The translations under genes were made by a program, and so were the position numbers. Shown piece by piece: positions 10,415 to 19,282 of a DNA stretch of 64,000 nucleotides; position 1 is the stretch's first letter, and each line of letters begins with the position of its first letter. The notes beneath the pieces were generated by a model that ran no database searches, was not told the DNA's origin, and saw nothing but the letters and a program-made list of their open reading frames with translations. This DNA comes from an uncultured Acidobacteriota bacterium (GTDB lineage: Bacteria > Acidobacteriota > Vicinamibacteria > Vicinamibacterales > UBA2999): NCBI GenBank assembly GCA_963818645.1, contig CAWFTF010000024.1:61493-125492 (forward strand), read 5' to 3'.

Positions 10415-10867
10415 ATGAAAGCGCGACGCCAAACCGCCATCCTCGACATCGTTCGGCACGAGCCGGTCAGGAGCCAGGAGCAGCTTCGGCGGATGATCAA
10501 GGCCTCCGGCTACGACGTGACGCAGGCGACACTCTCGCGCGATATTCGTGAGCTCGGCCTCGTGAAGGGCGGGGTTGACGGTGCCTATCAGCCGCAGGGT
10601 CGAGTCGAGGTGAACGGACATACCGCGAAGGCGATGTTCCAGCGCGCCCTCGCGTCACAACTGCGGCGCATCGATCGTGTCCAGCAACTCGTGCTCCTGA
10701 AGACCGGCCTGGGCCACGCCCAGTCGTTGTGCGCCGCACTCGATGGCGCCGAGCTGCCTGACGTCGTGGGCACTCTGGCGGGAGAGGACACGATTCTGAT
10801 CATCACCGCGGACGCGCGCCGCGCCCGGACGCTGGTCAAGCGACTCGAGGAGATGTCACACGCATGA
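10415..10867 (+). CDS. argR: arginine repressor
   Basis: SQEQL, VTQATLSRDIREL and GTLAGEDT. Confidence 0.95.
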   Translation: MKARRQTAILDIVRHEPVRSQEQLRRMIKASGYDVTQATLSRDIRELGLVKGGVDGAYQPQGRVEVNGHTAKAMFQRALASQLRRIDRVQQLVLLKTGLGHAQSLCAALDGAELPDVVGTLAGEDTILIITADARRARTLVKRLEEMSHA

Positions 10868-11751
10868 ACACGATCGTCCTCGCCTATTCCGGCGGGTTCG
10901 CCTCATCCAACGCGATCCACTGGCTGATGGAGAAGTACCCGGCCGACGTCGTCACGGTCACGCTCGACGTGGGTCAGGGCGATGATCTCGCTGCGGTACG
11001 CGCTCGTGCGTTGTCGTGTGGCGCCGTGCGCGCGCATGCGATCGACGCACGCGAGGAGCTCGTGCGCGAGTTCCTGCTGCCGTCACTGGTTCGCGGCCCG
11101 TTGAGCGAGGGACCGGGTATCGCGGAGTTCACGCGCCCCCTGATCGCGCGAAAGCTGCTGGAGGTTGCTCGCATCGAGGGTGCCTCCATCGTCGCACATG
11201 CATCGCTCGATGAATCGCTCGATGCGGCTATTCGTGCTCTGGATCCTCGTGTCGAGATCCTTGCGCCGGCGCGCGAGTGGAAGATGGACGCGACAGAGTT
11301 GTCCGGCTACGCGCGCATGCACGGAGTGCCGCCGAGACCCACGTTCGAGCCGCAGTGCCGGATCGATCAAAGCCTCTGGGGACGGATGATCAGCTTCCGC
11401 GATCTGGATGGCCGGCCGAGCGAAGCCCACCTCAAGCCGCTATCGGCGTCGAACGAGGCCGCGCAGATCGCCCTTCAGTTCGAGGGTGGCGTTCCCGTTT
11501 CAATCAACGACGTGCCGATGCCTCCTGTCGAACTGGTCGAAAGCCTCGCGCTCATCGCCGGAGGGCATGGCGTTGGACGACTCGAGAGCACCAACAACGG
11601 GCGAACGGTCGTCTACGACGCCCCGGCGGCCATGGTGCTGCATACGGCTCGCGCGGCGCTGGGTGATCGCTCCGGCGTGGTGCGTTTGTCAGTTCTCAAT
11701 GGTGGTTGCACGGTTGTCGGTCGCAGCACAGAAGTGGTGAATCTCGCGTGA
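10864..11751 (+). CDS. argininosuccinate synthase-like protein, shortened and degenerate
   Basis: IVLAYSGG, RPLIA, APAREW, IDQSLWGR, HGVGR and VYDAPAA match ArgG, but the protein is 295 aa and key motifs are altered. Confidence 0.75.
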   Translation: MNTIVLAYSGGFASSNAIHWLMEKYPADVVTVTLDVGQGDDLAAVRARALSCGAVRAHAIDAREELVREFLLPSLVRGPLSEGPGIAEFTRPLIARKLLEVARIEGASIVAHASLDESLDAAIRALDPRVEILAPAREWKMDATELSGYARMHGVPPRPTFEPQCRIDQSLWGRMISFRDLDGRPSEAHLKPLSASNEAAQIALQFEGGVPVSINDVPMPPVELVESLALIAGGHGVGRLESTNNGRTVVYDAPAAMVLHTARAALGDRSGVVRLSVLNGGCTVVGRSTEVVNLA

Positions 11752-13124
11752 CACTCTGGTCCGGTCGCTTCGATACAGCTCCCGATCCCGCCGCGTTCGA
11801 CTTCGGCATCTCGTTCGGCTTTGACCGCGCGCTCTTTGAAGACGATGTCACCGGCAGCATCGCCTGGGCGGAGGCGCTTGCCGCCGCGGGAGTATTGTCG
11901 GCTGCCGATACGACGGCCATCGTCGACGCCCTGCGCGAGATTCTCGAGCAGGGTCGTCACGATCCGTCGTGGGTCGCCGGACCAGACGAAGACGTGCACA
12001 GCTTCGTCGAGCGTCAGTTGGTCGATCGCGTCGGTGATGCGGGCCGGCGCCTGCACACCGGCCGCTCGCGCAACGAGCAGGTCTCGCTCGACCTGCGACT
12101 CTATCTCCGTCGTCGTATCGGCCTGCTGCAGCAGGCGGTCGTAAACGTCGTGGCCGCGTGTGCCGATCAGGCGGATCAGGCAGGTGCGGCGCTCATGCCG
12201 TCGTACACCCACCTGCGTCGTGCGCAGCCGGTGCTCGTCGCGCATTTCTTCCTGTCGCACGCCGCGGCTGTTCGTCGTGACTACGGGCGTTTGGTGATTG
12301 CGGCGAACGAAGCCGATTCGTTGACGCTTGGCTCGGGCGCGATCGCCGGCACCAGCTACGGCGTCGACACGAAACTGCTCGCCCGCACGCTTGGATTCTC
12401 ACGGGTCGTTTCAAACAGCATGGACGCTTCCTCGGATCGCGATTTCGTGGCGTCGTTTCTGTATGCGATTTCGCTCGGGATGGTGCATCTGAGCCGGATG
12501 GCGGAAGACCTGATCATCTTCACGGGCGAGGAACACGGGTTCTTCGATCTGTCGGACGCCTCGGCGACTGGAAGCAGCATGATGCCGCAGAAGAAGAACC
12601 CCGATCCGCTGGAGCTGGTCCGCGGCAAAACCGGCCGGGCTATCGGGCGTCTCACCGGTTGGCTCGCGACGATGAAGGGGTTGCCCGGCGGGTACAACAA
12701 GGATCTACAGGAAGACAAAGAGGCGGTGTTCGACGCCGAAGCGACATACGCGGCTTCGCTGGCTGCAACGCATGCTGTGGTTTCCCGGCTCTCGGTCAAC
12801 TCGGAGCGGTCCGGTCGGGCGGCATCCGGCTTGCTGCTCGCGACTGACGTGGCGGACTACCTCGTTTCGCGTGGCATGCCGTTCCGGCGGGCCCACGAGG
12901 TTGTGGGCGCGATGGTCAGACGACTGCTCGCAGAAGGGCGCGACTTCAGCGCGCTGAGCATGGCTGAATGGCGCGAGGCGAGCGAGATGTTCGGAGACGA
13001 TGCGCCAAAGGCGGCGACAGCGCTGGCGTCGGTTCAGGCGCGTCGCACCCCTCAATCGACCAACCCTGACGCCGTGAAGGCGGCGCTTGCGGAGTGCCGT
13101 AAATGGGTCGCCTCTCCCTCGTAG
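11748..13124 (+). CDS. argH: argininosuccinate lyase
   Basis: LWSGRF, LHTGRSRNEQV, YTHLRRAQP, GSSMMPQKKNPD and YNKDLQEDKE; GTG start overlaps the upstream stop. Confidence 0.96.
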   Translation: MTLWSGRFDTAPDPAAFDFGISFGFDRALFEDDVTGSIAWAEALAAAGVLSAADTTAIVDALREILEQGRHDPSWVAGPDEDVHSFVERQLVDRVGDAGRRLHTGRSRNEQVSLDLRLYLRRRIGLLQQAVVNVVAACADQADQAGAALMPSYTHLRRAQPVLVAHFFLSHAAAVRRDYGRLVIAANEADSLTLGSGAIAGTSYGVDTKLLARTLGFSRVVSNSMDASSDRDFVASFLYAISLGMVHLSRMAEDLIIFTGEEHGFFDLSDASATGSSMMPQKKNPDPLELVRGKTGRAIGRLTGWLATMKGLPGGYNKDLQEDKEAVFDAEATYAASLAATHAVVSRLSVNSERSGRAASGLLLATDVADYLVSRGMPFRRAHEVVGAMVRRLLAEGRDFSALSMAEWREASEMFGDDAPKAATALASVQARRTPQSTNPDAVKAALAECRKWVASPS

Positions 13125-13224
13125 GGTTTGCTTTTGGGAAATTCCGTCTTTGGAGTTACACTCAGTCGGACCTTCACTCTGATTTTCACCCACCCCGCCC
13201 TGAAGGTTGCTTCCGGGGGAGTTC

Positions 13225-13986
13225 ATGCAGCAGCGCCGGGTTCGGCTCGGTGACGTCCTAGACGACTATTGTTCGCGCGAGCGCCGCATCACGAACCATG
13301 CGGTGGTCGCGATGATCGAAGACGAGGTGAAGCAGACACGCTGCACCACGTGCGACACCGAGCATGAGTACAAGCACGCCAAAATGCCAGCACCGCGACG
13401 CAAGAAGCCTGTCGCCGCGGCAGCACTCGTGTCCGCGGAGGCGACTGAGTCGCCAACCCTGATGTCCGACGACGAAGAGACTGTCGAAGAGATGATCGAC
13501 GACGCGCCCGTACCTCCATCATCACTGGAAGCTGCGAAAGAATCCGAGGCCCCAGAAGTTGCCGGGGTGGTTGACGACGAACCCCCGGCCGAGGGGACAG
13601 AAGACGAGTGGGTTCATCGACCGCTGATTCGCGCCACGCTTCCACGACCAGAGGGGCAAACGCCTGAGCGGAAACCGACCGACTTCACGATCCGTCAGAA
13701 CAGCGGTCGGTTCGACGGCGAGCGAAATGGCAACAAGCCTCGCGGGAACAGGCCGGGTCGCCACGCTCAGGGACAAGGGCAGGGACAGTCACGATTCGGC
13801 GGCGGCGGTTCACGCCAGGGATCGGGATACGGCTCGCGTCAAGGTGGTGGGCAGCAGGGCGGCAATCAACAGCGCCACGGCGGCAATCGTCCAGGCCCAT
13901 CGTCCGGACAGCGCGGCGGACGTCCCGGCCAGGGTGGTGGCAGCAATCGGCCAGGACAAGGCCGCGGCCCCAAGCGCGGGCGGTAG
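13225..13986 (+). CDS. hypothetical protein: Cys/His N-terminal domain, acidic linker, Gly/Arg/Gln-rich tail
   Basis: DDYCSRE...H...RCTTCDTEH, followed by low-complexity segments; GGGGGAG RBS upstream. Confidence 0.7.
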   Translation: MQQRRVRLGDVLDDYCSRERRITNHAVVAMIEDEVKQTRCTTCDTEHEYKHAKMPAPRRKKPVAAAALVSAEATESPTLMSDDEETVEEMIDDAPVPPSSLEAAKESEAPEVAGVVDDEPPAEGTEDEWVHRPLIRATLPRPEGQTPERKPTDFTIRQNSGRFDGERNGNKPRGNRPGRHAQGQGQGQSRFGGGGSRQGSGYGSRQGGGQQGGNQQRHGGNRPGPSSGQRGGRPGQGGGSNRPGQGRGPKRGR

Positions 13987-14072
13987 TCCGGTTCCGGGTC
14001 GTCGGTCGTCAGTCCAGCCACATGACCTGACCGCGGGTCGAAGACTGTAGACCGAAGATCCGACCAGAGACT
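13987..14072. repeat. degenerate inverted heptamer repeat tract
   Basis: GGTCGTC-like units facing GACCGAA/GACTGTA-like units. Confidence 0.4.
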
Positions 14073-14080
14073 CCCTTTAC

Positions 14081-14854
14081 ATGACTGATTTCACTGGCAA
14101 ACATGGCCTGATCGTTGGTGTGGCCAACAAGCGCTCCATTTCGTGGGCGATCGCGCAGGCGGTCGCACGACGGGGAGCCCGATTGGCGCTGACCTATCAG
14201 GGTCGATTCGAAGAGCACGTCAACGATCTGTCGCAAGGGCTGGAGCAGTCTTCGCTCGTGCTGCCGTGCGACGTGTCATCGGACGCTCAAATCGCAGCCG
14301 TGTGTGAGAAGGTCGATCAGGAGTTCGGCGGGCTCGATTTCGTCGTGCATGGTGCCGCATTCGCTCCTCGCGAAGAACTCGAGGCGCCGTTCGTGAACAC
14401 GACGCGCGATGGATTTCGCGTGGCGCTGGACATCTCTGCGTACTCGCTCATCGCGCTGACGCGGGCTGCGATGCCGCTGTTCGAAAAACGCGGCAGTGGA
14501 TCGGTCGTGACGCTGTCGTACCTCGGGAGCCAGCGCGTGTTTCCGAACTACAACGTGATGGGCGTTGCCAAAGCGGCGCTCGAAGCCACCGTGCGTTATC
14601 TCGCCGCGGACGTCGGCCCCAAAGGGGTTCGCGTCAATGCAGTGTCGGCAGGACCGATCAAGACGCTGGCTGCTGCCGGCATCAAAGGGTTTTCAAACAT
14701 CCTGCACGTGTATCCGGATCGGGCGCCGCTGCGTCGTAACGTCGAGACGTCCGAAGTCGCAGAGGCGGCCGCTTTCCTCTTGAGTGATGCCGGCAAAGGC
14801 ATCACCGGCGAAGTGCTCATCGTCGACGCCGGCTACCACGTGACTGGGATGTAG
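14081..14854 (+). CDS. fabI: enoyl-ACP reductase
   Basis: GVANKRSISWAIA, DISAYSL, YNVMGVAKAALE and SAGPIKTLAA. Confidence 0.95.
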   Translation: MTDFTGKHGLIVGVANKRSISWAIAQAVARRGARLALTYQGRFEEHVNDLSQGLEQSSLVLPCDVSSDAQIAAVCEKVDQEFGGLDFVVHGAAFAPREELEAPFVNTTRDGFRVALDISAYSLIALTRAAMPLFEKRGSGSVVTLSYLGSQRVFPNYNVMGVAKAALEATVRYLAADVGPKGVRVNAVSAGPIKTLAAAGIKGFSNILHVYPDRAPLRRNVETSEVAEAAAFLLSDAGKGITGEVLIVDAGYHVTGM

Positions 14855-14877
14855 GCGGTCCGAGGACCTGCCTCTAC
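14851..14877 (-). repeat. GTAG-type REP-like palindrome
   Basis: Minus strand GTAGAGGCAGGTCCTCGGACCGCCTAC; similar to the copy at about 25597-25622. Confidence 0.5.
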
Positions 14878-14913
14878 AAGGACGATTTCGCCGCGGCGGA
14901 GACCCGCCGTGGG

Positions 14914-16753
14914 TTACGAAACAGCGCGATTGTCTGACGCGGCTGGCGGGTGAGACGCGGCGCGTGCCTGCACATCGCGCTTGTACATCACCTTGTTCCG
15001 ATACATACGGCGGTCGGCCTTCGCCATCAGCACTTCGTAGGTATTTCCATCGTGCGGGAACACCGCAGCACCCGCGCTGATCGAGAGCGGCATCCGTACG
15101 CCTGGTTTGGCTTCGAACACCAGGCTCTCGACGGCCTCCTGCAGTTCGAGTCTCTTGTACTCAGCCTCGTCCCAACCGCAGCCCGCGAGCACGACGAAGA
15201 ACTCGTCGCCGGCGTAGCGGACGCAGACGTCGTACGGACGAATGGCGCCACGGAGCACCTGAGCGATTTCGCGCAGCGCGCGGTCGCCGACGTGATGTCC
15301 GAACGTGTCGTTGATGTCCTTGAAGTCGTTCAGGTCCATCACGAGGAGCGACACTTCCGCGTTGCCGCGCTCGGCACGAGCGAGCTCGCGTCCAAGATGG
15401 TTGACCATGAATCGCGTGTTCGGCAGGTTCGTCAACGGATCCGTCAGCGACGCTTCATGCGTCTGCTCGAAGACGATCGCGTTGTGGATCACCGCCGCGG
15501 CCTGTTCGCACACGCGATCGAGCAGGCGGCGATGGTCGTCGCCGTAGAAGCTCGGCGTCGTGTGATACACGGCCAGCGTGCCGATGACGCGGTCCCCGAG
15601 GAGCAGCGGGCACACCAGTGCTGACTGCAGTGTCGTGGGCAGTGACGAGCCCCCGGCCTCGAGATCGCCGCTCGGGCGGGCATTGACGAGCGGGCGCCGG
15701 TTGCGTGCCACCCACCCGGTGATGCCCTGACCACCTTTCAACGTGAGCTGCTGCATCAGCTCGTAGTCGGTGCCCGTTGCGAACCGGCAGGTCAGAAGAT
15801 TCTGGCTTTCGTCGTACTGGAACAACGTGCATGCCGAGAACGGCACCAGGCTCGTCAGCTTCGAGGCGATGAGCGCCATCGTGTCCGACACACCCAAGAC
15901 TGGTGCCCATCGTCTGAGCGATCTGATAGAGCGCGTAGATTTCGCCGTGCGCGATCGCGATGTCATTGAACACCGACGACTTCGATCGATCGGTTCGCGT
16001 CGCCTGTGCGGACGTGGCATCGACCGGACCGCTCTTGCGCTCCTTGTCGGCGCTCTCCGCCTCGTGGCGAACCTGAGGCAGGACCTGAACGAACGCCTGG
16101 ACGCATCGCGGATCGAGCGCTTTGCCGGCTTCCTGCTCGATCAACGCAACGGCCGCCTCGAACGTCATCGCCTCGTGGTAAGGGCGATTCGAGGTCAGCG
16201 CGTCGAAGTAGTCGACGAGAAACAGAATCCTCGCGCCGAGCGGGATGTCGTCACCTTTCAGGCCGCGCGGGTATCCACGTCCATCCCACCGCTCGTGGTG
16301 ATTCTGAATGAGCGGTGCGACCGGGTACGAAAAGGGGACAGCCGCGATGATATCCGCACCGACCTGCGGATGTGCCTGTACCTTCTGGAACTCTTCGGCG
16401 GTCAGAGGTCCAGGCTTCGAGAGGATGTGCTCCGGCACAGCGAGCTTGCCGATGTCGTGCAACAGCGCCGCCGTACGCACCGCCTGGGTCTCGCCGGCCG
16501 ACATGCCGAGCTCTCGAGCCACTGCCGTCGCGTAAAGCTGCACGCGGCGGATATGGTTCTCGGCCGTTCCGTCCTTTGCGTCGATCGCGCGCGCGAGCGC
16601 TTCGATCGTCGCCAGGTGCAGTTCGGCCAGCTGCTCAGCGCGTCTCTGCTCGGCCCTGAATCGAGCCTTGAAGATGCGATACGCGCGCAGTCCGAAATAG
16701 AGCACTCCCCAGACTAGTGCCAGGCTAGTTAGCCAAAGCGGCGGCTGGGGCAT
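14914..16753 (-). CDS. membrane-anchored HD-GYP + GAF + GGDEF c-di-GMP turnover protein; frameshift near 15895
   Basis: One N-terminal TM; HDIGK and HHERWDGRGYP; GAF (GITGWVARNRRP, SALVCPL); TDPLTNLPN, DINDTFGH and RYAGDEF. Confidence 0.9.
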
Positions 16754-16834
16754 TACGTGCTCCTAGCGGACGTCAGCAGGGAGCCAGATGATTGTGACGC
16801 GTTTTCTCATACTCGTTCCCCCGGAGGTTTCGTG

Positions 16835-19006
16835 TTAATGCCTACCGTGCCCGACGAACGGATCAAGTTCTTCGGCCCAGAGCACTTCCTCGAGTGCTTC
16901 AGACGTGCTCCAGACGATGTTGGTGCTCCACACGATGTTGTCATCGCGGCTGGTGCTCCAGACGATGTTGTCGTCACTCTTGGTGCTCCACACGATGTTG
17001 TCGTTGGCATCACCAGCAGTGCTCCACACGATGTTGTCGTCGCGGAGGGTACTCCACACGATGTTGTCGTCGCGGGTCGCCGTGCCCATGACGATGCCGT
17101 TCTTCTGCGAGCCCCACACCGTCTGCTGACAGTTGCGTCCGGCGCAGTCGTTGCCCCACACGATGTTCTGGAGGGTGCCGGTGCTCCACACGATGTTGTC
17201 GCCGCCCTTGGTGCTCCACACGATGTTGTCGTCACCACGAGTGCTCCAGACGATGTTGTCGCCTGTGCCCGTGCTCCACACGATGTTGTCGTTGCGGGCG
17301 GTGCTCCACACGATGTTGTCGTCGCCACCAGTGCTCCAGACGATGTTGTCGTCACCACGAGTGCTCCAGACGATGTTGTCGTCGGCGCCAGTGCTCCACA
17401 CGATGTTGTTCGCAGTGCTCCACACGATGTTGTCGTCGAGCCGCGAGCCCCATACCACTCGTGCACCGGTTGATGTCTCGAGCGAGCCCCAGCGGACGCC
17501 CGTGCTCCATGCATTGCTGCCCGGGAGCGGCATGCCGCCCGTGATGCGGTAGTTGCCCCAGATGAGATGACGCGCCCACGGCACCCAGTCGCCCTGTATG
17601 GTGTCGCCCATGTCGCCGAGGGTCGTCGTCGCCGGTGACGCGAAGAACTTCGCAAGACGCACTGCGCCGCTCGCGTTCAGGATCCCCGCGCCCTGGACCA
17701 GCAAGCTGGTGCTGCTGCGAAGCTCCGCGGTGTACTGCAGAATCGCCTTGACCGCGTTCGGCGTGAGCTTCGGGTTTTCCTCGAGCATCAACGCCACAGT
17801 GCCTGACACCACCGGAGCGGCCATGCTCGTGCCGCTCAGGCTCATGTAAGGCTTGAACGCGAGGTTGAGCTGAGGCGAGCCCGACACGAGCATCGAGGGC
17901 AGCGTGGCATAGAGCAAGCTATGTGAATCCGCCACCGACTCGATTCCAACGCCAGGCGCCACGAGGTCCGGCTTGGCCTGGAAGTCGATCCACGTCGGAC
18001 CACTCGAGCTGAACTTCGCAATCGTGTCGTTCCCGCGCTGGCTGCTCGCCTCTTCGCTCGACGCGCCGACCGTTAGAACCCAGGGAGCGTTGCCGGGCGA
18101 CGTGATGCCACCCGTCTGCGTCTGTCCCTGCGTGTTCTGCCCGAGGTTGCCGGCAGAAGCGACCACGACGATGCCAGCGTCGACAGCGCGCTTCGCGGCC
18201 AGCGTGAGCGGGTCGAGCCAGTAGGACTCGAACACGCCCGCGGCAACCGAGAGGTTGATGACGCGAATGTTGTATGTGCTCTTGACCGAGATCGCGTAGT
18301 CAATCGCCGCGATCACGTCGCTCATGTAGCCGCGACCGAGCCCGTCCATGACCTTCAGGCCAACCAGCTTCGCTCCCGGCGCGATTCCCTTGTGCTTACC
18401 GCCCGAGTCGTATCCTGAGCCCGCAATGATGCCCGCGACGTGCGTGCCATGGCCGTAGTCGTCGTAGGAAATGTTCGACCACACGCTCGTGCCGTTGGTG
18501 AAGTCCTTGAAGTGCGCGACGCGCGAATTGCCTCGAGTGAGGTCGTCGTGCCAATTCGTGATGCCGGAGTCGATCACCGCCACGCCAACGCCCTTACCCG
18601 TCACGTTCATCTGCTGGCGTGCGAGCGAGGCTCCCGTCGAGAGGCCGGTCCGCTCCATCGTCGCGAAGATCGGCCGATCGAGATAGACGCCCTCGACGCG
18701 CGGATCCGCAGCGATCCTCGAAAGCTCGACGTTCTCCACTTCCGCAACCTGGCCCCTGCGGCCGAGGCGTCGTCCGGCTTCGGCTCGTTTCCCGAGCAGT
18801 CGCACGTCGCTATCGCCGTTGAACTGGATGATGACTCGAGTGCGGCCGGACAACTCGCCCGCGCGGTGCCTCAGGACCTTATCCAGCTTGTCGGCCCTGT
18901 CGCCGCTGCCACTTGATTGCGCCATGGCACTAGGGGCTATAAGCAGGACTGCGGCCACTGCCAGAAGTGCTGAGGTTGCGGTCCGGAGCGATCGTGTAAT
19001 CGACAT
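16835..19006 (-). CDS. secreted S8 (subtilisin-family) serine peptidase with a C-terminal Trp-repeat tail
   Basis: Signal peptide ending ..APSAMA; triad VIDSG / HGTHVAG / GTSMAAP; NIVWST repeats. Confidence 0.93.
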   Translation of the reverse strand: MSITRSLRTATSALLAVAAVLLIAPSAMAQSSGSGDRADKLDKVLRHRAGELSGRTRVIIQFNGDSDVRLLGKRAEAGRRLGRRGQVAEVENVELSRIAADPRVEGVYLDRPIFATMERTGLSTGASLARQQMNVTGKGVGVAVIDSGITNWHDDLTRGNSRVAHFKDFTNGTSVWSNISYDDYGHGTHVAGIIAGSGYDSGGKHKGIAPGAKLVGLKVMDGLGRGYMSDVIAAIDYAISVKSTYNIRVINLSVAAGVFESYWLDPLTLAAKRAVDAGIVVVASAGNLGQNTQGQTQTGGITSPGNAPWVLTVGASSEEASSQRGNDTIAKFSSSGPTWIDFQAKPDLVAPGVGIESVADSHSLLYATLPSMLVSGSPQLNLAFKPYMSLSGTSMAAPVVSGTVALMLEENPKLTPNAVKAILQYTAELRSSTSLLVQGAGILNASGAVRLAKFFASPATTTLGDMGDTIQGDWVPWARHLIWGNYRITGGMPLPGSNAWSTGVRWGSLETSTGARVVWGSRLDDNIVWSTANNIVWSTGADDNIVWSTRGDDNIVWSTGGDDNIVWSTARNDNIVWSTGTGDNIVWSTRGDDNIVWSTKGGDNIVWSTGTLQNIVWGNDCAGRNCQQTVWGSQKNGIVMGTATRDDNIVWSTLRDDNIVWSTAGDANDNIVWSTKSDDNIVWSTSRDDNIVWSTNIVWSTSEALEEVLWAEELDPFVGHGRH
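16904..17437 (-). repeat. intragenic tandem repeat, mostly 30-nt units encoding (D/N/G)DNIVWSTxx
   Basis: 15 NIVWST plus 1 NIVWG; plus-strand core GTGCTCCA(C/G)ACGATGTT. Confidence 0.95.
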
Positions 19007-19025
19007 ATCGGCGGCTAGCTCATGG

Positions 19026-19040
19026 GCAAGAGTTCTGCCG
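19026..19040 (-). promoter_or_regulatory. sigma54 (-24/-12) promoter of the peptidase gene
   Basis: Minus strand CGGCAGAACTCTTGC (GG-N10-GC), 20 nt upstream of ATG 19006. Confidence 0.65.
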
Positions 19041-19147
19041 TAATCCGCATGTTTGCAAATGCGATCGACTAAAAGCTTAGGAATGAGCAACTTGCGGGAT
19101 AAAATCGACGTGCCATAATCACTTCCCGATTACGAACTCAGCTAAGT

Positions 19148-19248
19148 GTGTGCGGTTTTTGCACACGGTTTTGGTTGTCAGATCGGCGTAAATTGCTGTT
19201 GCGCTTGAGATAGAAGCTCCTCCACGCTGAATGTTCCATATCGGAACA
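19148..19248. promoter_or_regulatory. two candidate enhancer (UAS) palindromes
   Basis: GTGTGC-N7-GCACAC (19148-19166) and TGTTCC-N5-GGAACA (19232-19248); both fit TGT-N11-ACA. Confidence 0.45.
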
Positions 19249-19282
19249 CGTGAACACGAAAAAGAACCCGGCTTCGGGCCTA

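Noticed and set aside
16904..17437. 30-nt periodic repeats as a CRISPR array
   Set aside because: Spacers are only a few codons long, units keep frame inside the protease, and there are no cas genes.
16757..17655. Repetitive alternative-frame ORFs (APHDVVV, TTTSCGA, VLHTML)
   Set aside because: They are shadows of the NIVWST coding repeat.
19101..19115. Second TGGCACG upstream of the protease as a sigma54 promoter
   Set aside because: The -12 position reads TTTT rather than TTGC; the site at 19026-19040 fits better.
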